DNA from: an uncultured Candidatus Saccharibacteria bacterium
Lineage (GTDB): Bacteria > Patescibacteriota > Minisyncoccia > UBA6257 > 2-01-FULL-56-20
Reading direction: 5' to 3'
NCBI GenBank assembly: GCA_965231155.1
Contig: OZ246418.1
Location: 637,710 to 701,709, forward strand
Length of the DNA stretch: 64,000 nucleotides
Part shown: positions 56,271 to 64,000 of the stretch, in pieces
Position numbering within the stretch: position 1 is the stretch's first letter
Layout: each line of letters starts with the position of its first letter
Position numbers and translations under genes: made by a program
Notes under the pieces: generated by a model
The model's input: only the letters and a program-made list of their open reading frames with translations
What the model was told of the DNA's origin: nothing
Databases searched by the model: none

Positions 56271-57031
56271 AAGGCATATCCAGCTCGTTTTAGCCAGGAT
56301 TCATTCTCCCATTCCCAAAGCTTCTTAGCAGCTAAAAAACCGCTAAAATCTGCCTCCCATAGAGGGAATTCCTGTAACTCAACCTCGCCTATGACTGGGC
56401 CCCATTCGTGGAGACCTCCAGGGCAGGAGAAACCTCCATTATATTTAATCTTTTCCCGACCGCCCTTAGTGCGACGAGTGGCTCGACAGCGAGTACAGGG
56501 TTCTATTTGGTCAATTCTCAGAATCCAGCGATTCTGAAGATTGAATTCGTGTTTTAGAGCGTCCATATAGGCAGCAGTTTGTAGATTATAGTCTCGATAG
56601 ATGGCCTGGGAGGTTTTTATGTCGAGTACCCCAAACTGACCGTCGATCAATGCGAGAGCATCAATAGTTCCCGCATAGCGATGATCGTAGTGAATGATTC
56701 TCCGTTCGATATACTCTGGAGCAGTTTGGATATTCTTTTCTTCTAAAAATCGACGGAAGGCATCGATGGCTGGCTTGATCGATATATCAACTTCCGGATC
56801 TTGTCCAAGAAGAATTGCCTGAGATATTTCATGAACTAAGGTTCCTTCCTCAGCGGATTTTTCAGTGACATTTTGAGCGGCCTTAAAGCTGGCGGCTTCT
56901 CCATAGAAACGTAAAAGTGCGGGCTTCGCTTTTATCGAAAGGATTTTAGTTACTCGTGGATACCAGGCGCCATCAATAGCATACCCGCACGTCTCCTTAA
57001 AATCTTCTAAGCTAGAGTAAGTATCAAACAT
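56267..57031 (-). CDS. PD-(D/E)XK nuclease superfamily protein (Cas4/RecB-nuclease-like) with a C-terminal Cys cluster. It is stand-alone, with no CRISPR nearby.
   Basis: The core motifs are …HYDHRYAGTIDALALIDGQFGVLDIKTS… (D…D.K). The C-terminal Cys-rich region is CTRCR…GGFSC. Confidence 0.55.
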   Translation of the reverse strand: MFDTYSSLEDFKETCGYAIDGAWYPRVTKILSIKAKPALLRFYGEAASFKAAQNVTEKSAEEGTLVHEISQAILLGQDPEVDISIKPAIDAFRRFLEEKNIQTAPEYIERRIIHYDHRYAGTIDALALIDGQFGVLDIKTSQAIYRDYNLQTAAYMDALKHEFNLQNRWILRIDQIEPCTRCRATRRTKGGREKIKYNGGFSCPGGLHEWGPVIGEVELQEFPLWEADFSGFLAAKKLWEWENESWLKRAGYAF

Positions 57032-57034
57032 ATA

Positions 57035-58441
57035 TTATCGAGAGATCAGAGGGGCGGTAAATTCAACAACACTGCCTGCTCCCATCATAATTACTACTGG
57101 CGGATGATTAATCAATTTTTTCTGGTAGAGGGTGCATATCGTTTCTTTTATTTTTTTCGGATCAGCAAGATATATAATTTCTTTTTTCGGAGACTTCTTC
57201 TTCAGATCCTCGGAAAGTTTTTTTGAAGTAAGTGGATTTTTTTTATCATCCCGACCGGCTACTTCATAGGTGGGAAGGAGGATGAGGGTGTCGGCATCTT
57301 CGAAAGCCCCTACGAACTCTTTATAAAGAGCTTTCAATCTTTTTGCTTGGTGTGTTTGGTAGACGCAAATTATTTTTGATTTTGGAAACTTCTCTCGAAA
57401 AGCCTGCAGAGTAGCTTTTATTTCTGTTGGATGATGCGCATAGTCGTCATACACCTGCATGCTTGCAGATAGCTTTTTATCTCGAAGTTCTCCTCGGTAT
57501 TCCATCCTCCTCCAAGCACCTTGATAGGCACCAAGTCGCTTTAAGACATCCGCTTCTTTCACCTTTAAAACCGCATGCGTCACAAGATAGGCAGCTAAGG
57601 CGTTTGAGAGATTATGAATACCAGAAAGGAAAAGGTGTTTTTTAATTTTGGAAATTGTTTTTTCGTCTTTGAGGCTATACCAGAGGATAGTGAGGGAGTT
57701 TTTTTGAGCAATTCGATCAATCTTAGAGGAGAGGGAGAAAAGATTTTTATCGTCTCGATTGAGAACTAAGCAGCCCCCCGGCTTCGTTCTTCCGATAAAA
57801 GAAAGGAAGTTTTTCTTTACATCATTGAGATCACGGTAGAAATCGAGGTGTTCTCGGTCAATATTAGTAATGACCACAATGTCTGGATGGTAATGAAGAA
57901 AAGCCCCACGCCATTCGTCAGATTCGAGGACTAACCAGTTTGTTTTACCAAGCCGGAAATTTTTCCCACCAAGTTCTCGGAGTTTAGTACCCACAACAAT
58001 GGTCGGATCGATTGATGAATCCTTGAGAACCAGACCAATCAAGGCGGTGGTTGTACTTTTTCCATGACTTCCGGCAATAGAAATCGTTTTATACACCTCA
58101 GTTAGACAACCCAGTGTCTGAGGATAAGACATTGGCCTCAAGTTTCGTTTTCTTGCTTCTTCGAGCTCTGGATATCCTGGAGAACCATCGGTAATCGCAT
58201 TTGAGTAGACGACCATATCTAAGCGAGCCGGAAGATTTGATTTATTATGTCCAATTTTAATCCGTGCACCCTCAGCTTGTAATTCTTTGGTGGTGGCATT
58301 TTCTGAAAGATCTGAACCGCTCACCGTCCATCCTTGAGCTAAAAACCAGCGGGCAAGCGCACTGATGCCAATCCCGCCAATACCGATAAAGTGAATCTTT
58401 TGTGAAGTAGTTTTTCTTTTATCTGCCGTCATACATTTCAT
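57035..58441 (-). CDS. murC: UDP-N-acetylmuramate--L-alanine ligase.
   Basis: IHFIGIGGIGISALARWFLAQGWTVSGSD, the Mur ligase P-loop GSHGKSTTTALI, and the C-terminal domain. Confidence 0.85.
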   Translation of the reverse strand: MKCMTADKRKTTSQKIHFIGIGGIGISALARWFLAQGWTVSGSDLSENATTKELQAEGARIKIGHNKSNLPARLDMVVYSNAITDGSPGYPELEEARKRNLRPMSYPQTLGCLTEVYKTISIAGSHGKSTTTALIGLVLKDSSIDPTIVVGTKLRELGGKNFRLGKTNWLVLESDEWRGAFLHYHPDIVVITNIDREHLDFYRDLNDVKKNFLSFIGRTKPGGCLVLNRDDKNLFSLSSKIDRIAQKNSLTILWYSLKDEKTISKIKKHLFLSGIHNLSNALAAYLVTHAVLKVKEADVLKRLGAYQGAWRRMEYRGELRDKKLSASMQVYDDYAHHPTEIKATLQAFREKFPKSKIICVYQTHQAKRLKALYKEFVGAFEDADTLILLPTYEVAGRDDKKNPLTSKKLSEDLKKKSPKKEIIYLADPKKIKETICTLYQKKLINHPPVVIMMGAGSVVEFTAPLISR

Positions 58442-58452
58442 TATATGCGAAC

Positions 58453-58722
58453 TTGTCTTTTTTGAATAAATCTATTATAAAAGTTCGAGCAACTGTACCA
58501 GACACAGAAGGAGGCGAGGGGATATGGGCAATGGCAGACACAATCACGTCCCAAAGGCCCGGCAGAAGCCGAGCTGGAAAGATCGAGGCAAGAGTGGCCA
58601 AAACCCTAAGAAAAAGAAAGAAAAGGCTAAGGGATAAGCCTAGGCCAAAATCGAAAAGAAGATACCGCCAGAGACGTGGTGTTTGTCTGAAAACACCAAT
58701 CAAGAAGAAAAAGCAGGGCTAA
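58453..58722 (+). CDS. Possible small, highly basic protein of 89 aa. It is low-confidence and competes with the overlapping minus-strand ORF 58419-58703.
   Basis: It is the only sizeable ORF in the 420-nt gap between murC and the next gene, and its C-terminus is Arg/Lys-rich. Confidence 0.2.
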   Translation: MSFLNKSIIKVRATVPDTEGGEGIWAMADTITSQRPGRSRAGKIEARVAKTLRKRKKRLRDKPRPKSKRRYRQRRGVCLKTPIKKKKQG

Positions 58723-58862
58723 TATTCAACTTGAATTTTGGCCTTTTTTATTAGGGGAGCGGGTTTCCGTCATCCTTATATATGTCGCACAATATACCTT
58801 TTACGACACAGACAAGGGAGATTCCTAAAGAGGTTCACGTAGTCTTTGTCTAATGAGGATTC

Positions 58863-59276
58863 TTAAACTGTTTCGTTTCCCACTGATGGGATGAGTGATA
58901 CGAGCCACTGAATAACACTGACGACTATTCCCATAGCATGAATCGCTAAGTTGATAATAAATACCAAAATATTTCCGATGACTTTGAGTAGACTCAAAAT
59001 GTCTAACCCAGTTCTTTCTTTTAACCAATCATTAGCGTTATTCCAGTAGTCTTTTGCTACCTCGGGATTTGGCAGGTCAAATTTCTGACTGGAACTTCCA
59101 CTCACATCTATTTGAGAAACGTCATTAAGAAAGTTCGAAAAAGGCTCCTGGAGTTGGTTGAGTCCAGTTTCGGTATCGATTCCTAGTTTCAAGTCCTGAT
59201 CGAGTTCTTGGGCGTGAACTATGGGAGTTAGTAGAACTATTCCCAGAAGAAGTCCAGAAAAAATTCGCCAATTCAT
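58863..59276 (-). CDS. Small secreted or membrane-anchored hypothetical protein of 137 aa.
   Basis: Signal peptide MNWRIFSGLLLGIVLLTPIVHA and a C-terminal hydrophobic helix. Confidence 0.45.
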   Translation of the reverse strand: MNWRIFSGLLLGIVLLTPIVHAQELDQDLKLGIDTETGLNQLQEPFSNFLNDVSQIDVSGSSSQKFDLPNPEVAKDYWNNANDWLKERTGLDILSLLKVIGNILVFIINLAIHAMGIVVSVIQWLVSLIPSVGNETV

Positions 59277-59294
59277 TCTTCAAATTATATCACA

Positions 59295-60617
59295 CTATAG
59301 GTATTTTAATGGACTCAGATCTCCACCCTGAGGCATTGGCCCGCACGTTTTGCTTCCGCCCATCTTAAATGTTTGTTGAGCAAACACAGTGAAATGGAGA
59401 TGGGGTCCAGTAGCCCACCCAGTTGCTCCGGAATACGCTATTGTCTGTCCTTGTTTGACTGGATCACCGACACTCATTACAACTCGAGATAAATGAGCAT
59501 ATAACGTTGTGAGATTATTATTATGCTTGACCACGATAAATTTTCCGTACGCGCCACGAGGACAGTATCGATCCTGATCGCCAGTAGCTACAACTTGGCC
59601 ATCAGCAGCGGCCATTACCGGTGTTCCCACTGAACCTCCAATATCTAGACCATTATGCCATTTCCCTCGGTATGTAGATTTTGCAAAAGAGGTGTTTCCG
59701 TATCCCTGAGTGATTCTGCCCTTAGCGATTGGTAGAATAAGAATCTTCCCTACTGTCGGAAGTTTTGCGTAGTCGATCTCCCCTCTTAATTTTGCGTCCA
59801 GAGCTTCGATTTCAGCTGCAATCAATTCTTGCTGGGCATAGACCTGCTTCAGATGTTCTTGATAAATAGCTTCCTGATTTTTCGTTTCTTTAAGTAGTGT
59901 TTGTCGCTGGGCTTCTTGATTTGTCAAAATGACTTTGCGATTTTTTAAATTAAATGCTTCCGAAGTAACTTCTGCTTGTTTTATATTCAGATCCTTTAAT
60001 TTTCCACCATATTGAACATTAAGTTTTCTAAGATCCTGAATGTCAGTGGTTAGTCTGGCGTTCAGATCGATTAGATTCTTTACCTCGCCAGCAGCTTCTG
60101 ATAAAGAGTTACTTCGTAAGATAACGGTCAGCATATCGATGTTTTCTGATCGTTGCATCAGACGAATTAATTCTTCAACCCCTCGTCGTTTGTTAATAAT
60201 TTCTTCTTGAATATCCTGAATGTTATACGTCAGTGATTTTATTTCTAATCCTAATTTCTCAAGATTGACCTGATCTTTTTTAATCTGGCTAGTCAGGACT
60301 GCTTGTTGTCGTTGAAGGGTAGTCAGCTCTTTCTGTAATGAAGCCTTCTGACTGCCAGTCTGCGCTAAGGCATCTTCATTTTTTTTGATAGCGGTTTTTA
60401 TTGCTTCCAGTTCCGCATTTTTTTTACGAATTTCGAATTCTAGTTGCTGTTTAGCAATTTCCTCTGGGCTTTGTTCAACTGTGTCGCTGGGAGAAGATTC
60501 GCTCGTAGCGACCGTGCTAGTTGTGGCTATAGCCTTATGGTACCCATATACGCCGAAAAAGGTACTCGAAAGAAAAAACCACGCAAAAAGAGTTTGCAGT
60601 CTTTTATGTAATTTCAT
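59295..60617 (-). CDS. M23-family (LytM/EnvC-like) peptidoglycan endopeptidase with an N-terminal coiled-coil.
   Basis: A signal/TM start and a long coiled-coil region. The M23 motifs are HNGLDIG…G.PV.A.ADG.V and LYAHLS…G.TG.ATGPHLHF. Confidence 0.8.
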   Translation of the reverse strand: MKLHKRLQTLFAWFFLSSTFFGVYGYHKAIATTSTVATSESSPSDTVEQSPEEIAKQQLEFEIRKKNAELEAIKTAIKKNEDALAQTGSQKASLQKELTTLQRQQAVLTSQIKKDQVNLEKLGLEIKSLTYNIQDIQEEIINKRRGVEELIRLMQRSENIDMLTVILRSNSLSEAAGEVKNLIDLNARLTTDIQDLRKLNVQYGGKLKDLNIKQAEVTSEAFNLKNRKVILTNQEAQRQTLLKETKNQEAIYQEHLKQVYAQQELIAAEIEALDAKLRGEIDYAKLPTVGKILILPIAKGRITQGYGNTSFAKSTYRGKWHNGLDIGGSVGTPVMAAADGQVVATGDQDRYCPRGAYGKFIVVKHNNNLTTLYAHLSRVVMSVGDPVKQGQTIAYSGATGWATGPHLHFTVFAQQTFKMGGSKTCGPMPQGGDLSPLKYL

Positions 60618-62076
60618 TGAGTTTATTGATAGCCAACTGAAGACGTTTATCCACCTCTTCTTTGGAAAGTATTTTTAGAATGTCTAGTGGATCTGGTGAG
60701 GCAGCTTTCCCTGAGAGAGCGACCCGCAAAGGCCAAAGGACTCCTCCCCTGCCCTGTTTCTCTACAAGAGGATCAATGCTTGACCCAAAAACTGCTCGAT
60801 CAAATGGTCCGGTGGATTCTTCTAGTATTGTTTTTATGTTCCGCAAAACTTCCAGAGTAGTATCTTTTGTTTGATTTTTAGGAATCAGAAGAATCGCCGA
60901 ATAGTTCTCTAATGTAAAGAAAAAATCTGTTGCTTCTATGAAGTCATTTAACGTTTTCATCCGAGGTTGTTCTAGGGCAACTAAGTTGAGAAAAATTTCT
61001 TCAGGGATATCTGTGAGTCCTTTCAGAGAGAGAAAAATTCGTAATCGGTGTGCCAAGTCTTCTATTGGTAGTTTTCGAATGTGTTGAGTATTTAACCAAA
61101 GTAATTTTTCTTCGTTAAATATAGCGCCCCCCTTCTGAACTTTCTTGAGATCGAAGAGATTAATTATCTCAGCTGGTGATAGAACTTCTTCGTTATCTTT
61201 TGGATGCCAACCAAGAAAGCTGACGAAGTTAATCAAAGCCTCGGGGAGGTATCCTTTATCTCGATATTCAATGAGTGAGGAGTTGAGATATCTTTTGGAG
61301 AGCTTTTCTCGGTTCTGTCCTAAAACTAACGGAAGGTGAGCATAGAGTGGTTCGGGAAAACCAAGCGCTTTGGCGATAAGAATCTGTTTTGGAGTATTTG
61401 ATGTATGATCTTCGCCACGAATGACGTGAGAGATTTTCATAAGATAGTCATCCACTACGACGGCAAAATGGAAAAGAGGGTTTTCGGTATTTTTTGCAAT
61501 CACGAAATCACCAAAAAGAGTGGCATCGAATTTGATACTCCCACGTATGATGTCTTTAAACTCAACCTCTACTTCCGGTGTTTTGAAGCGTATGACTTGC
61601 GGCTCTTTTTTAGAGTTTGAAGAATTACTGTTCCTGCAATGACCGCTATATTTTGGTGGGACACCACTCGCAATCATCCCCTGACGCTCAGCTTCGAGTT
61701 CTTCTTTCGTACAGTAGCAGTAGTAGGCCTTGCCTTCTTCGAGTAGTTGTTCTAAATATTTTTTATAGATACCTGTCCGTTCGCTTTGTCGGTAAGGAGC
61801 ATAAGGGCCAACTTGCTTCTCGGCGAGATTGCCACAAGAAACCGGACCCTCATCCCAGTCGATACCCAACCAGGATAATCCTTCGAAGATTCCTTCCTCG
61901 AATTTTTTCTCAGAACGTTCTTTATCGGTATCTTCTATGCGCACCACAAAACTACCGTTATATTTTCTGGCAAAAAGCCAGTTAAAAATGGCGGTTCGAG
62001 CTGTTCCCCAGTGGAATGGCCCAGTAGGGCTAGGAGCCATCCGCACTCGTGGTGGGTTTGTTTTTTCTGTAGTCAC
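60604..62076 (-). CDS. gltX: Glutamyl-tRNA synthetase.
   Basis: RMAPSPTGPFHWGTARTAIFNWLFAR (HIGH region), the KMSKR-like motif LSKR, and the anticodon-binding C-terminal domain. Confidence 0.85.
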   Translation of the reverse strand: MTTEKTNPPRVRMAPSPTGPFHWGTARTAIFNWLFARKYNGSFVVRIEDTDKERSEKKFEEGIFEGLSWLGIDWDEGPVSCGNLAEKQVGPYAPYRQSERTGIYKKYLEQLLEEGKAYYCYCTKEELEAERQGMIASGVPPKYSGHCRNSNSSNSKKEPQVIRFKTPEVEVEFKDIIRGSIKFDATLFGDFVIAKNTENPLFHFAVVVDDYLMKISHVIRGEDHTSNTPKQILIAKALGFPEPLYAHLPLVLGQNREKLSKRYLNSSLIEYRDKGYLPEALINFVSFLGWHPKDNEEVLSPAEIINLFDLKKVQKGGAIFNEEKLLWLNTQHIRKLPIEDLAHRLRIFLSLKGLTDIPEEIFLNLVALEQPRMKTLNDFIEATDFFFTLENYSAILLIPKNQTKDTTLEVLRNIKTILEESTGPFDRAVFGSSIDPLVEKQGRGGVLWPLRVALSGKAASPDPLDILKILSKEEVDKRLQLAINKLNEIT

Positions 62077-62122
62077 TCCCCTATTCTACCATATCAAACC
62101 AGCCCCAGAAAGCCTCTTTTTT

Positions 62123-63358
62123 CTATGATTTATTACTTATTTTCAGTATCTCCTGCGCCAGAACTTCAGCGGCATTAGGAATAAAGAAACTGGCAGATCC
62201 CTTGGACATCTCTTCTTTCCGAGCTTCATCTGCTAAGACTTCTTTTATCTGTTCGATGAAGATTCCGGGCATCAGATTAGTTTGCTCAACGACGATCGCT
62301 CCGCCACATTTAGCAAATTCATAGGCATTTAATCGTTGGTGGTCACGAGCAGATCCGGGTAAAGGAACCAGGATAGCTGGTTTTTTGAAGGCAGCAATAT
62401 CAAAAAGCGCGCCACTTCCTGCTCGACTAATCACCACATCAGCAGCGGCCAGGGCATTTTTCATGTCTTCAGTTTTTAGATAGGCCAGGAGACGGTATCT
62501 TTTTGGTAAGCCAGTCTTTGGAGATATTTCAAGAATTGCTACTCGAGAGAGTTTCTGAATTTCAGCAAAATTCGCGGTACCAGTCTGATGGATGACCTGA
62601 GCAACTGCAGTAATATCCTCAAGATTTGTCACAACGAATTCGTTTATGGGCTGAGCTCCTTGGGAGCCACCGATTATTAAAACAACTGGTTCATTAATCT
62701 CAAATCCCAAGACTTCCTTGGCTGCTTTTTGAGAAAGTACATTTTGAAGAAGTGCGGGAAGAATAGGAGTGCCAACTACCGCCGTTTTTTTCGGTGGGAA
62801 GTAGTTTTTCGCTCGATCAAAACTGAGGGCGATACGTTTGGCGAACCGTCCGGAGATAGCGTTGGTGAGTCCTGGCACCGAATCTGATTCATGAATAATG
62901 ATTGGAATACGATAAAGCCAACCAGCAAGGACTACTGGCAAAGCGCCAGTGCCACCTTTGGAAAAAATAGCGTCCGGCATGAACACGAGAAGTTTTATAA
63001 GAGCTTGAGCAAAGCCAATAAAGAAAACTGGAATATCTAGAATATTCTTGACTGAAGCATAACGGCGCCATTTTGCGCTTGCTAGAGGCGATATCTCAAC
63101 TTCGGCTGCTTTTAGTATTTCAGAATAATCATCTTCTGGACCAAGATAGCGTACGCGAAGATCGATTTTCTTTTCTGTCGTAACAACGCGCAATGCTTCA
63201 GTAACCGCAAGAAGTGGCATGACATGGCCACCACTACCACCACCAGTGAGTACTACACGAAGAATAGCTTCTGAGTTTTCTTTCGTAGAAGTTTGATCTT
63301 CTGGAGACTGGCCCGCCTTTACTGGCTCGCTATAATCAATTGTCTTAAACGTAGGCAT
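62123..63358 (-). CDS. murG: Undecaprenyldiphospho-muramoylpentapeptide beta-N-acetylglucosaminyltransferase, with an N-terminal extension of about 30 aa.
   Basis: LTGGGSGGHVMP (G-loop), the GT28 N- and C-domains, and …GGSQGA…. Confidence 0.8.
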   Translation of the reverse strand: MPTFKTIDYSEPVKAGQSPEDQTSTKENSEAILRVVLTGGGSGGHVMPLLAVTEALRVVTTEKKIDLRVRYLGPEDDYSEILKAAEVEISPLASAKWRRYASVKNILDIPVFFIGFAQALIKLLVFMPDAIFSKGGTGALPVVLAGWLYRIPIIIHESDSVPGLTNAISGRFAKRIALSFDRAKNYFPPKKTAVVGTPILPALLQNVLSQKAAKEVLGFEINEPVVLIIGGSQGAQPINEFVVTNLEDITAVAQVIHQTGTANFAEIQKLSRVAILEISPKTGLPKRYRLLAYLKTEDMKNALAAADVVISRAGSGALFDIAAFKKPAILVPLPGSARDHQRLNAYEFAKCGGAIVVEQTNLMPGIFIEQIKEVLADEARKEEMSKGSASFFIPNAAEVLAQEILKISNKS

Positions 63359-63367
63359 CTTTCTAGC

Positions 63368-64000
63368 TTAGGAGTATTTTGAAATATTCGCAATGATTCC
63401 AGCCATAGTCATAAATACTGCGAGTGCGGTACCACCATAGCTAATAAATGGGAGAGGTACGCCGGTGAGAGGCACCACTCCGGAAATAGCCCCCATATGC
63501 ATAAAGGCCTGGGCACCAATAATCATTCCAAAACCAATAAGGATAAGTTGCCCGAAACGATCTCGCATATTTTTTGCCAACCAAAGGATTTTGAAAATTA
63601 AAAAGATAAATAGTATGGCAACGAGCGCACTCCCAACGAATCCTAGCTCCTGACCAATAACGGCAAAAATGGAATCAGCGATCGGGTCGGGAAGAAATTT
63701 AACCTTGGCGGTGGACTGTCCATAGCCGACTCCCCAAATTCGACCAGAACCGATCGCAATCAATGCTTGATTAAGGTGATAGCCGACACCTTTCTGATCT
63801 TCTGAATACTGAAAAAAGCCCATTACTCGCTCGAAACGATATGGAGTAATCAGTACCAGTAATGCCAAGGCCATGAGGCCTAGCGCAATCGTGCCGAGGA
63901 TGTATTTCCAGGGTGCATCACTCAGAAAGTACATAGTCAGTCCGGCACCAAGGAGAATGGCGACAGTTGAGGTGGCAGGTTGCATAATGAGAATTCCTCC
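63368..64000 (-). CDS. ftsW: SEDS-family peptidoglycan glycosyltransferase FtsW/RodA, C-terminal part. The gene continues beyond the window end.
   Basis: …PLPFISYGGTALAVFMTMAGIIANI is the SEDS C-terminal signature. The frame remains open from 63985 to the window edge. Confidence 0.7.
   Translation of the reverse strand, partial: GGILIMQPATSTVAILLGAGLTMYFLSDAPWKYILGTIALGLMALALLVLITPYRFERVMGFFQYSEDQKGVGYHLNQALIAIGSGRIWGVGYGQSTAKVKFLPDPIADSIFAVIGQELGFVGSALVAILFIFLIFKILWLAKNMRDRFGQLILIGFGMIIGAQAFMHMGAISGVVPLTGVPLPFISYGGTALAVFMTMAGIIANISKYS

Noticed and set aside
58419-58703. A 94-aa minus-strand ORF overlapping the murC start.
   Set aside because: It overlaps the murC initiation region and competes with a plus-strand ORF, and neither is convincing. 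Only the plus-strand ORF is listed, at very low confidence.
1-64000. Prophage, transposase, integrase, IS-element, or rRNA content.
   Set aside because: No recombinase or transposase-like ORFs, inverted terminal repeats, or rRNA signature sequences were found. The only mobile-element-like signal is the GIY-YIG/tRNA repeat structure, reported separately.

Overview
This is a gene-dense bacterial chromosomal segment of about 44-45% GC with short intergenic spacers and many overlapping starts and stops. The gene content fits a small-genome, host-attached bacterium of the Candidate Phyla Radiation/Patescibacteria type; that placement is inference from content only. Recognisable housekeeping genes are a typA 3' fragment, xseA/xseB, a DedA membrane protein, a YrdC/TsaC-like protein, pyk, tgt, an HhH-GPD glycosylase, a SAM methyltransferase, rsmE, queA, tig, engB, a VIT-family transporter, fmt, def, ctpA, rplI, rpmA, murC, gltX, murG and the 3' part of ftsW. 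One tRNA-Gln(UUG) lies on the minus strand. A large share of the window encodes giant or repetitive extracellular proteins (1133 aa, 495 aa, 3198 aa, 587 aa, 1717 aa and others). The most noteworthy observations are as follows. (1) A four-gene surface cluster contains an FN3 protein carrying a dockerin-like module, followed by two paralogous membrane-anchored cohesin-like proteins, which suggests a cellulosome-style cohesin-dockerin surface assembly. (2) A small GIY-YIG gene lies directly 5' of the tRNA-Gln and is bracketed by a 13-bp direct repeat derived from the tRNA 5' end. (3) A sodN-sodX nickel superoxide dismutase pair is present. (4) Two single-gene islands of about 59% GC each encode a secreted protein. 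(5) The 3198-aa beta-propeller/FN3 protein is followed by a MacB-type ABC transporter whose ATPase has a C-terminal winged-helix fusion, then a GH18 hydrolase. (6) A conserved palindromic hairpin with compensatory stem changes occurs twice in intergenic DNA. No CRISPR array, rRNA or transposase was seen. All calls come from reading the sequence and the ORF translations, without database searches.
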